From NCBI GenBank assembly GCA_002633005.1, contig NMRA01000713.1, forward strand, positions 1-64,000: a stretch of DNA of 64,000 bases. The letters run 5' to 3'. Of the stretch, positions 22,976 to 35,400 are shown in pieces. Each line of letters opens with the position of its first letter. Position 1 is the first letter of the stretch. This stretch comes from Phoronis australis (lineage: Eukaryota; Animalia; Phoronida). The position numbers and the translations under genes were made by a program. The notes beneath the pieces were generated by a model, which made no database searches, had not been told where the DNA came from, and saw nothing but the letters and a program-made list of their open reading frames with translations.

Positions 22976-25900
22976 TTGTACTTGCGCGTACTGTGATGTG
23001 GCATTATTTAAAGTCTTTCTTTAAATTTGAAAAGAAGGTCTGAATTAAAGAGCTGTATGAAAACCTCATCATTTTAATCACTAAATAGAAACCAGCATCT
23101 GACCAGCATCTACATATTCCAAAACCATAATCCTAAATGCAATTAATTTAAAATACCTTGTTCTCACACTGGAAGACAGCACGGGTAATTTGAACCAAAA
23201 TATGAATGCCAAAGTCGATGTCAACTAAACCATATGCTTCACACTTTGTTTTAAGAAGATACTGAAGTCCTCGTATATCAAAAGAACTAAGCTAATAGTG
23301 AACTAGTAAAAGTATATATCTTCTGAAAAAAACAAAGAACAGGAAATATAAATAGACTTTTTGTATAATGTTTCATTATTATTTTTACTTAAAAACCTTT
23401 TCTAAGTCAAATTTTCATTTTTAAGAAAGGTACAATCATAGCACAATAATCCCTCGGTCGATTTCAATGAAACCTTTTATAAATGAATACTTCACTAGTT
23501 ACCTCAAAAACTCTGTTAGGAAATTTCGATTAGTCTGTTCGTTTGGTTTCTATAACAAATCAACTTGCGAAACGTAAGGTATTTTTGTGAAAAATTGAAG
23601 TCGTATTCGTCTTTGTCACATTACGCAAAAACTAGGCTTGTACATCAAAAATCCTAACAGCGTTTTTGAGACTGATGACTACATATTAAGTTTGGAAAGT
23701 TTCAGCAAAATCCATCAAGCCTTTTTTGAGAACTAGTGTCCCAAAGTTCAAATAAAGTTGATTTGCCAAAGGCGAGAAAAAGTCGATTAAACTGGGACAA
23801 GTGAAAATCTCAAAGTCTTCGGTTAATTATTCTGTGAAAACTTGTTTTCGGTACGCATAACCTATACAATCCTTAACTATGTTAGCTATTTCAACGTTCA
23901 CTCGCAATGTCAACTGATTTTGCAGTGCGTAACTAACTTAATTATCATTGATTAAAACCTCAAACAGACATACCTTTCCCAGCCAACTTTTACAAAATAA
24001 GTCCTAAGAATTACACTGTCTGTAACTCATACATCAAGTAAACTGTTATCTTATCATCTGAATCTGAACCTTAGAAAATATATTTGAAGATGATTAGTTT
24101 ATGATAACAGAATATAAAGGAAATGTTGGCCAGCCTTAACTTGTGATATGACAGAAAGTATCCCGTTGGGACATAAAACTGTCACTATCAATAAAGGACA
24201 AACCATTAATACCGTGTTTCACAATGAGCTGTTGTTGCTACCCTTTTACTGCCAAGATTTTTACAATTGCATTTCCAAGAGCCAAAAAATTTGAGGATAC
24301 GAAGACCATAGGATGCAAAAGTTAAACACTCTACAATTGTTATTTGTAAGTGGATTGTTATGAAGTTTTCAGGGTAAGATGGACACACGTATCACGATAT
24401 TCTAAAATCATGACATCATACGCTGAAGCTCCAAGTTGAGTATTCAAGATTCTAGGAGAGAGAACAATACCAGCGGTTAATGAAGGATTTCGGTTGAAGT
24501 GCATACTCCACCTGCCCAGGTACGCGCCTTGTTTCACACCAGAGGTTTCAAAATTAAATCCTGAATCAGAATCGTTTTGAATTTATGCTCCAGTTAAACC
24601 TTGACATTGACCAACCAGAAGCCATTGAATCCATTGCAATTCCGTAGATTAAGCAGTCCACAGAAATTCTAAAAAAACTAAGAAAAAGACTTTTGTTCAT
24701 AATTTGGAAAAATGCCTTCCTCTCATCTGATGTTGTTAAACTGTAGTTTTTGCCAATGAAATTTAGGATTAATTAGGTCGAGGACAGGTGAATACACAAG
24801 TAGCTGACTGTCCCATATGGCAATAAATGGGGTTACTCGCCAAAAGTCACGCCTTGCCGTGAAAGATTTAAAGCCACATGAAGTACCAGAGGCCCCTTTT
24901 GGTTCCTCGACATTTGTGATGTTCTCAATACATGATATAGGCCATCAACGGAATGGAGTTCGACGACTGCTTCAACACGATTCGCTGATTCTTACTTGAT
25001 TAATAGTGGCCATAAACCTATCTAAAGCCCTGACAAAAATCATTTTTGTACTATAAAATTGGTTTCAACTAGTTCAGTAATAGATTTTTGGGCTACGAAA
25101 GAAGTGACACTATGGTATGAGATACCAGGCTAACCTAACAAGCTTGATTTCAAGGAATAGACATGGTTGGTTTTAGTAAAAACTTGTTCCTATACCAATC
25201 AGAAACAAGTAAGACTGAACTAAAGTGGGTGGATACCTAAATCTGGTTCGTTTTTACTGAAGGGGGTTTAGTCACATTCAAGTTTAAAGATAATAATTTC
25301 GACTTATCCTGCTTAGTGATGCGCGGAATTTAAGTTTTGGCGTTAAATAGGTCACAAGCACCTATGAGGGGACATGCCTGGCAGTGGTCATTCAGACATC
25401 GATGTAAAATATCATACAACTCACATGTTTGTTACAATGACTGATGTAATGAAAATGCCAAACACTATTATAGGAATGAAAAATGAAGTACCTAAATTTT
25501 GTGATTGAAAAAGACAGAGAGCAGCAAGTTCATTTGTTTTACAACCCCCCCTCCCGCAGGCAAATATTATCCGGAAAGACCTGCTCTTTTTATGTAAGGT
25601 TCGAGTCAGTGTAAACATGCAGTGATCGCATCATTTGGATTATGTTTGTTTAGCTAAAACCATAACATTTTAATGAATTCAAACATACAAAAACTAAAGC
25701 TGAGACTGCTCACAATCATACAGTGATTTTCATGAATATACAAAACATGCATTTTTCTGCAGTTGTCATTTACACGGATCCCACATTTTGAAAACCATTT
25801 TTTCTAATGAATTAAGCAGGCATCAAACCGGTTTTCTAAATCTGGACCCCTGTAACTGACTAAATGACCCATTTTTCCAACCTCTCCTTCTTAACTGTAC

Positions 25901-28900
25901 AGAAATATCGATAGTAATTAGTCGGAATTGAGATCTCTCATCAATTTTGCACCTGCAGCTGAGGAGAGGAACTGACAGAAAGAGAGTTCAAGCGTGTTAC
26001 TATAAATGTGACGTATTTAAAATGTCACATGACACATATTGTCAGTGTCAGCTGACCAGAAGTTACAAGTAAAACTTATCGATTCAGACACGTCAGCAAA
26101 CTGAATATCTCAAAACTTTTTAATACAACTGACATGGCATGATCGCTGTCTTTTGATGAATTCAGGAAATAACATCAAATTAAGCCAAAAATAAAAAAAA
26201 TGAAAATGAAACTATTGACAGCTGTTTTGCAGGTCTATAGTACATCCATTATATATCATTCCTCTGGACTGTTAAAACCAAGAAATTTCCAACATCACCA
26301 TCTGATCTTAGTATCACTTTCTATTAGTAAACTAAACAAACAAGCCTATTGTGTTGGTGCACAATGCTGGGATAGCAAGCAGGTCAGAGCTTACAGTCAC
26401 ACAAAGGAATCAGCAGGTAAAAGTTAAGTCTAATTTCTCTGAAAGTTAACCGTTTTTCTCCGTTCGAAGTTTTTTGGTGACAATATTTCATACAAAACAC
26501 ATCTTCTTCATGACATTTTGTTGAACGTCATCAGGAAATAGTATTTTTAAATATCGGTTAGCGACTCAGAGATCACTGTATAAAATATCACATAAATGCA
26601 GACAATGAGAGAGCTGCACTACGTAAACAGTGGTTTGCCAACTTTCTCCACTAGCTATTGCTGTCAAACTGATAAGGACACTAGTGCACCCTGACTAATA
26701 GTTAATCAGTGACATAGTGATTATCATCCCAAAGCACAGGTGCGTAACAAAACTGAACATCTTTTTTAATATTCATTGAAGTACAAGTAAACAAAATGAA
26801 GTTCTCCACAAAATTAGATACAGTCAAAAATAATTCTAAATGCACAACTGAATACAGTACGATCTCTGGACACAATATCATAATCTGGTCCTATAGATTT
26901 AAAAATATAAGACGTGTCTTCTGAGTAGAAGAAAAACAGGCACCAAATTCACTGTTTGTAAGAGTTAACTTCCAAGCTGAAACTTACTAAAACCAAATTT
27001 AAGTCTGACATGTCCATGCTTACACTGGTAACCACTCAGATTCCCTCAGCCCCAGACAACTTTTATGATGCCTATTCAGCACGCCCTTTGTATTGATGTA
27101 GATCTGAGCTAATGAAGTAAAAGTAATACCTAGCATTACTGTCTCAACAATGATGGTTGTTATAAAACCCAAATTGGTTTTCTCTTGTATTTGCACAGAG
27201 TTACAGCCTACAGCTGAGAAGAGTAGTTCTAACTTAGTTGGTACATTTTAAATATTACAAAATTAATAAAAAAGTTAATTTGTGTTTATCTTGACAAAGG
27301 GCCACTTCCCAAAGGAACGATGGTTTCAAATGTGTTTCATATCAGCTTTCGTTATTTCAATACTCCTGTCAACTTTTTTTAGCACGAAAAGGTTGATATC
27401 TTTTTATTTTATTTTTCAACTTGAAGTACCAAACAGTGGTAGATTTTGATGGCCAGCGAAACATAAGTTAATTGTGAACTCATCCCCGAACTTTCCAGTT
27501 TACAGCTACACTAAACATTTCACGGCAAACAAAACTTCACGTGTCATTAGTATTAAAACTCAAATAATAAAATATATACGAAAGTGCAAATATGGTGATA
27601 GTCAAACTAAAGAATTGGAATTTCTGGACAACTTCAGTTGCACAGACTTCATAACTATTCTAACTTTTTGTCAGTCATAAACAAAGAAGGGTGGGCATAA
27701 GTTAAGTACAACTGTTCCTTAGTAAAAAATCTGGTTAAACAAGACTGAAATATTAAAAGAATAATCCATGTGATATTGTTAACTCTGATGAGCGCCAGGT
27801 TGTAAGTCCGCCGAGAATATTAACACGCACGGTCGTTTATCTTGAATAGGACGTTTGTAGTTTTAAGCTTATTAGTTCATGGATTTTAAAAAATCGAAAA
27901 CCATACTTGGTGGTTTTTCCAGCTGAATACTGCTGTGGTGATCATTTTTAATGAAAATTATTGGTAAATGCATTTTGAAATTTCGCCAGTATGTACAGGC
28001 AGAGATGTTTACTACAGTTTATGGTCAGGCAATTACACTTAAGTGGGTCTTGCTCGCACCAAACAATTCGGTCATCACAACCGTATCGGACTCCAGCGCC
28101 GCGCTCTCTTTGATCCTGGTACAAGCTGCTCAGAAGGACAAGCGGTGAAAATTCCCGCTTATCTTTAGAAATGCGTGACTTCCTTGTAAGCGCATTTTTC
28201 ATGGTATGATGACGCTCCAGTCATTGAGTAACTTTAAAATGAGGTGTTTTGTTTGAATACAAACTCGGAAGAATACGTGAATCATTAATTAATTATTGTC
28301 CGATGAATAAGATTGCCAATAATTGAACAAAAACCAATAAATGTTGGCTAAAATTTACATTGTTATATCGTGATTTGCTTTAGTTTGGAGCAAATTTTTT
28401 TCAAAGTGAGCATGATTATTTAAGTGAACTTGCCAAATGCTAATATATATTCCAAGGTCACGCATATGCGAACTCGAGATTAAACAAAATTCCAAGATGA
28501 AGTCCCACAGCACAGCACCATGGCAAGCACATAGGCTAGCATGGGGGTGGTAGTCGGTAAACCAACAGGGTTGGAAGTCCACATATTGAAAGTCAAAAAT
28601 TTAGTCATAAATATCACTCTAGAATTGCACGTCAAATATTTAGATAGTGCGTCTTGACTGGCCACTCAAAGGAAGTGTTTCGGTGAATTATGCCTCAGCT
28701 CACAAACTGATTAAAACATCAAAGTCACGTCGCTATAAATAAGTTTTGCGCACGTAGAGACACCTTAGGAGGCCATCGCATGTCTTTAACTCGTTTGAAC
28801 TCCATTAAATAATCCCATATTCAAACTTTCTTTTGGAGCATGTTCTGCGTTCAGTTGCACAAATCGCCAAATGGCCATTTTTAACACTACGGCGCCAGGA

Positions 28901-29201
28901 GACATGACGTCATATCTATAGAACTAAAACACTTGACAACTATGTCTCCCATTTTCTGTTTTGTTCCAAATTCATAAATTTGAGAGAAAAAGTTTCGATG
29001 GCCCTTCAGCTACATGTTTGAGCTGAGTATTTGGCTAAAGCCATAGCACTTGGGTAGGATGGGGGGGTGGGATTTTTTCAAGTCCACTGAAGTCCAACAA
29101 TAACACCCTACGCAAAACATACATTTAACACAAAAACATCATTGCGTTTAGAACAGAAACACAGCAATTAAATACTATTAAAGAAATCCAAATACACAAA
29201 C

Positions 29202-29495
29202 CTAGATCTAAATGCAGTTCTAAATAAAGATGACACTTGCGAGATCGACGAAGTAAACATTTCACGGGGATGACATCTTTACAGTGCATTGTGGGAGTTC
29301 ATTTTTATACCAGTCCCGTTATTGGTTACTTTTTCATAATTTTGACAAATGAAAATCTTTGTTACTGACTTGTTTCGCCGAACGACACGTTGTCTTCCTG
29401 TGTAAAATAAAACTAGCAGATGTTTTGTTGTCAGAAAACTTCCTAACCACGTCTATACCTAATCAAAGTTTGAGAAAAGTCCGACACTTGAACAG
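29202..29495. promoter_or_regulatory. Probable bidirectional promoter between the PI3K-C2 and nucleobindin genes
   Basis: ZNF143/Staf-like site (minus ACTCCCACAATGCACTGT, 29281-29298) and CCAAT box (ATTGG 29321-29325), flanked by outward-facing donor-like sites (minus TAG|gtttgt at 29202; plus CAG|gtagga at 29495). Both coding genes start with an acceptor, so both need an upstream noncoding exon. CRE palindrome TGACGTCA at 28905-28912. Confidence 0.55.
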
Positions 29496-29639
29496 GTAGG
29501 AAGGGAAAAGGTTTGATTACGCTTCGGAACTTCGATGTGAAACTTAGTGCAGCCTACATTGTCATAGTTGTCGGCAGGGTCGGTGCCGAACTCCGAAGCC
29601 AGTTTAGCGTCGTTTATTATGTTATGTCACGGCAGAACA

Positions 29640-30592
29640 TAGGCAATGACCATCGCCTCTGTTGGCCCGAACCAGAGGCGATGCAGCTCCCAGAGGCGCT
29701 CCATACGCCAGAAGCTTTTCGGCAAATTATGCCTCGCACCGACTAAACCATCAAAGTCACGTTGTTATAAATAACTTTTGCGCATAGAGGAACACCTTGG
29801 TTAGGCTTGGTTGGCTTAGGAAGTTGTCGATGTGTTTAATTCCTTCCAACTCGAACAAATACTCCCGTTATCAAACTTTTTCTTCGAGCAGTCCCTATTT
29901 CAGTTCCAAAATCGTGAACTCACTATTTTCATACTGCGCACGCTTCCAATTTTTACCACGCTCGCTAGGTGATGTGACTTCATGACCTCAATCTTTAAAT
30001 AGGCCAAAGGTGAGCCATTGCGGTCTTGTCAGTCAAATGTTCGTTTCCAAAATGCCACCACTTCTACTTGTCTTTAATAGGCGTTACTTGAAACTGATTG
30101 TATTTCAATGAATTATTGTTTGTATTTGATAAAAGTAAATGCTGTTGATATGACATTTAATAGTCTTTGTGCACATATTTGACATTTTAATGTTTAACAA
30201 CACAGCAAATGCACGGCTGGTTCCCGGCAGCACATACGCAGAGGGCGGGAACTTCAGCTTTCGAAGTACGCCGGTAGGACCGCAACTTCTGACCTTCGGC
30301 CTGGTTAAAAGAATCTCTTGGCGTGCGCCGAGTGAAAATGTTGAGTTCACGATTTTGGGAACTGAAATAGGGACTGCTCGAAGAAAAAGCTTGATAACGG
30401 GAGTATTTGTTCGAGTTGGAAGAAATTAAACACATCGACAAGCTCCTAAGGTGTTCCTCTATGCGCAAAAGGTATTTATGATGGTTTAGTCGGTGCGAGG
30501 CATAATTCGCCGAAAAGCTTCCGGCGTATGGAGCGCCTATAGGAGCTGCATCACCTCTGGTTTGGGCCAACAGAGGCGATGGTCATTTCCTA
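29640..30592. mobile_element. Non-autonomous foldback DNA transposon with ~300-bp TIRs and a 9-bp TSD (MULE-like)
   Basis: Left arm 29640-~29943 (TAGGCAATGACCATCGCCTCTGTTGGCCC...) is the imperfect reverse complement of right arm ~30321-30592 (...GGGCCAACAGAGGCGATGGTCATTTCCTA); direct repeat GGCAGAACA at 29631-29639 and 30593-30601. Confidence 0.88.
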
Positions 30593-32333
30593 GGCAGAAC
30601 AAGGACCGTCGTGTCCTCTGAGTAATAATAGTCCTAGGTAAATCTAAGCACGTATTTTGATTGGCGGTCTTACTCTGTACCTAAAAGTAAAATGATGTAT
30701 GACATACTGTAATACTGCTGTCCAGGCACTGTACTAGCATCCCTAAAACGCGCAGATCAACATAACGCGCAGAACATACGTATAGTCAGGATACCTATCG
30801 TCGTCAGGCTCCAAAGGTCGTCCGCCATCTTCTTTCGCGTGCAGCGCAGCCACGCGGGACTTAGCGTTCCAATTTGGAGTGCTCGTCTGCACGTTAGGTA
30901 CTAACCTCTCGGGAGAAACATGCATGGAAGAACTGAGACTAAAATTAATGCATTCACCGACTGTTCTTTTGAGACCACTTAAAAACTTGCAGATTTTACT
31001 GATGCACTTTTTTGTTTATTTTCAGAAGATATTTTCGAAATTAAATTGTATTCAGACTGAACAAAAAACAACTCAGGGATTGTTTATGCAATGTATCTAT
31101 TTGTCCCAGGCACTAACCGACACCTATTAGGCCAAAGGAAAAACTCAGCAGACAAAGGCAACACGCTGGGTGTTTAACAGTTTCAGCCCATGCCTTGGCC
31201 TCCAAAATGTTGTCCACTTGTTTTTTGTTGCAAAATGAAGTACTGAGCTCAACATTTATGTTGAAATTTTTGGTTAAAGCATTTTGAATTTATTTGAAGA
31301 AAATTAAAATACTTGCATTGATTGAGAATGGTCGCCATTAAAATAAACCATTGACTTTATTTCACAATATTGCATTGTTACATAAAACACAGCTTGACAT
31401 AATCAAAAATAAAAGAAGAGACTGAGCAATAGAATGCAAATACAACTTGGGTATTTATTTTATAATATTTATTTATGACTGCAGAAGCCTGTTAAAGGTG
31501 AGAAAAAGTCAAACAATACGATATTGGGTAATTTATCAGAACAACTGTATCAAGGTTCAATGATCAACTTGCACCGACAAAGTCTCAAGGGTTACAGTTC
31601 TGTTTTGGCTGACAAGGTGTTAACAGAGAATGAAGAAATACTGAAAAGAAAACGAATGACAGCAGTGATAAGTGGTGTTAAGAACAACAAGAGCAAAAAG
31701 TCAAATGAAGAAGACACAAATAGAAAATAAGTAAGGTCTATCTGGAATAAAACAATTGCGATTTGTTTTCCAGAACTGAAATTCTAAATGAATTTTAATC
31801 GATTTAAAAATGGATATAATACTAGTAAAACAGTTTGTGGTTGAAGTAGAATTGCTGTAAACCTCTTTCAACTATTTTCTTGGCCTTTTTCTGTGTGGTT
31901 TTCTGTTCTTTCAAAAGGCGGCAGCATATGACGACCATTGGAGTCATTATAAAGTGGTTGCCGAAAAGCAATGCACAGATCAAACAACTCGGCATAAATA
32001 AAACTTTTGAATCAACTAATACTGTGGATTTGTGAGAGTCAAATCAAGTTCTATTCAGAGCATAACTTTGAAGTAGAATAATTGGGTGAGTACGACAACA
32101 AGCCAGTTTTATGCTTAGGCAGACGACCTTTGGGTTCCCGAGTATACTGCGTCTACAATTTACAATATGTTCGGTCGGATCTTATTCTTAATCTATAAAA
32201 TAGTAAATACCATTAAATTGGCTTTAATGTACGGTAAATCGTGACTTAAGCCTTGTTGCTAATAACTAATGAACCTGTTACAAAACTTTGACTTTCATAC
32301 TCTATTTTAGCTGTAACTAGAAAGCCCGCAGTG

Positions 32334-32441
32334 ATGGTTTGTTACTGGCGTCTCATTACACTGTGCATGGCACTGCTTCCTGTGGTGTTGTCGGCACCAG
32401 TGAAGCCAAACGCAAAAGACGGTCCTGAAGAAAAGCGAGAG
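32334..32441 (+). CDS. NUCB2: Nucleobindin exon, signal peptide (MVCYWRLITLCMALLPVVLSAPVKP...)
   Basis: Acceptor tattttag at 32310, ATG 32334, donor GAG|gtaaca; hydrophobic signal followed by APV. Confidence 0.88.
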
Positions 32442-35400
32442 GTAACACATGCTCTGATGTGAATGTTGATCCCATGCAGGATCATCTTCCTGAATGCTAT
32501 GACATCAGCAGTGAGAAGACGCCACATTCTAATCAAGCCTATATGCTGGAAAATTTTCTGCGAATTAAGCTTAACTCTAGATAAATTTTTATATTACTAC
32601 ACATACATTTCGAGTGTAAATAGAAACCTATGAGGCAGTTGGGATCTTTAAATCCATCTAGCCGTGTCAAATACTCTGGCAATCAACATTTTTTTTCGAA
32701 TAGTCCCCGAAATTAAAACTAAGTTAAATGCCTTACGGCCAGTGTGCTCGAGATCAAATGAAAATGTACGGGAAGGTTATGTGGAGATCACCTGCCATTT
32801 CGAGAGGTGGCAACACAAACAGGGCAACTGTCTAGGCCTTCAGCAGATGAAGAAGATTTGTGGTGAACAATATTGACTGGAAAGATGTTGGTTCTCTACG
32901 AATCTGCAAAGACATATGTTGACATGGTTATGTTGAATTTTCCACTAATGTACAGTAATTGCCAAATCGTCATTTTTCCATTTTTCATGTGGCGCACTGT
33001 TGATTATCATAAATTTTGTAAGCGATGTGAGTTTCAGGAAATGTTCTATGACAGCTAAACATTGCATGCACACCTGTGAAAGACTGAAGTGTCCTTACTT
33101 TTGTTGAGAAATTTAGCAAAATAGAATTTCAATTGTCAGCCAACTTTCGATTTCGATGAATGTCTTGTACCATGTCATGCCAAAAATAATCGGACAAAAG
33201 ACAGTTGTACAGCCATTATGATGAGGAATTCTACTTGTGGTCAGCCATATTGGTGGGGGATACCAGGTCATTCACTTGTCTGGTTGTTTTTTGGCATGTA
33301 CTCTATGTTGGGTAGGGGTAAATTACTCTTAATAACGGGCATCTAGCTGGTTTTCGAAATGTGGTACCCCAAAAGTGACCATTGCTATAAGTTTTGTTGT
33401 CGAGTCAAATACAAGTTGTTCGTAAAACTAATGTTGTATGATGGTTGGACCTTAGGGTGAAGATGACCAAGCTACAAACTTGGAATATGATCGTTACCTC
33501 AGGGAGGTAGTCAGTATCTTGGAATCTGACCCGACGTTCAAAAAGAAGTTAGAGGAAGCTAATATTACAGATATAAAAGTAAGTCTTTTTTCTATTTTAA
33601 ATGAAATCCTGTGCAACTTATGCTTCTTAACTTTATGATGTTTAGACAAAGTTGGATCTTTGTAGTCGGCGTTGTCCATGCAATCCAGCAATGGCTTGAA
33701 ATTTCACTGGTTTATTTGGAAAATCTTGGAATTCCAGTTTTAAGCCCCATGCAGTGCTAACTAGGTCAATGTGACGCCGTAAATGTCCAGCTGGAATATA
33801 ACAATTTAGTATGGACACTGATTTTCCTCGATAACTGCATTTTCAGAAACTGACTTCCTTTGCTAGATGGAATTTGCCAAGTTACGAAACAGAGAAAAGC
33901 AACATACTTTCATGTTTGCTAAGAGGGGTTTCCCTGTTTTTAATTTAAACGGAAAGTTTCTAAGTTAGTACCTGTGAGCCTTGCTATTAAATCAGTTAAT
34001 GAGCTCCACTCTGTCCGTAGCGTTGTGTTTGAGTAGGATCGCTAACTCCGCGTAAATAAGAATCAGAAACAAAGGTTCCACCTCTAAATATGAACCGCAA
34101 AGACGATTGCTATTGTTTTTCAAAAACAGAAAAACAAGGTTTGTAAGTGTAGTTGTGGTGGATGACTTGGTGTCTCAATTATGGAGTGTGACGTGTTAAA
34201 CCTTGAACATCTGAAACATTTGGAAAAGTGTTATGAAATTGACATTAACATAAAAATTTGAGGACGTCTAGCATCATGGTAATAGTGCACACGTATGGGT
34301 TTGTGGATATCTAGCTGCAAATTACTTGGTATAGAGACAGTAACATCTCGCCCATTTCAGACAAAAATAATCGCTAAAATTGGCCTTTTTTTCCTTATTC
34401 AGTGAATGCTCAAAATTCCCGAGTCATTGTATGATGGTAGCTATGATATAGATCTTTAAAAAGCACTTGCTTTGGCTCTATTAATCAATCTATTATGAAA
34501 AAATGAAAACATAAATTTCACTTGTCGGCCATATTGGGTCTTGAGTTTGTGGAGCAGCTGTTTAGAAATGGAGCAGTGTGTGCATACACTCTCGAAGCCC
34601 TTTATGTTGGTTGAAGGACGCGATGTCAGTGGTGCATTGTTGATGTTTACAGAGCGGTAAGATTGCCCGTCACCTGGAATTGGTGCAGCATGGGTACAGG
34701 AGTCAGCTGGACGAAATAAAGAGGAAAGAGATTGACCGTTTAAAAAAATACCACAAGCAGCAAGTGGAACTTAATAATGGTAGGTAATAGTCAGCAGTTA
34801 CGGTTGTTTAATGCTAGGGTTCTTTATGTGTCTTCACAGTTAGAAATGAAATTAATACCACAAGCTGCAAGTGGAACTTAATAATGGTAGGTACGGTTGT
34901 TTAATACTCGGGTTCTTTATGCGTCCTGATAGTTAGTAGTGAGATTAATACTGAGTGCTCTTTAGGTAGTGGGACTATTACCTTGGGACATTCCGTTTTC
35001 TGCAATTTTGCGAGAGTTGGATGCTTTGATTTAATTTTGCATCGGTCTCAGAAAATCAAGTTGTGTCGCAGATAGGAAGATTTTAGTACTTTTTATGTCT
35101 ACGGAGGTCATAGGTGTTATTTTTGGCTTTTAGTAAAGTTTTTGCTTTTATTTTATCCTCCATGCTTTGAACTTGTTCATTTTTATCTGCTGATGTGGCA
35201 CTTAATAGAACTTTGTGTATTTATCAAGTCAAGACACAAGTTTTCTGGTAATCTCAGTAACCTCCGATTGGTTGCAATTTATGACCACTGATTGGTTGTG
35301 TAAAGCCATTAAGTGACACCTGATTGGTTTATCGCGAATTCCTTTAAGTAAGTATGGAGGACTTTACTTGAAAGCAGGTCAAATGAATGCATTACCTATT

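Noticed and set aside
30879-31730. 83-aa and 68-aa ORFs repeated at 62727-63704
   Set aside because: Non-ATG starts and no homology signal; the identity reflects DNA duplication only.
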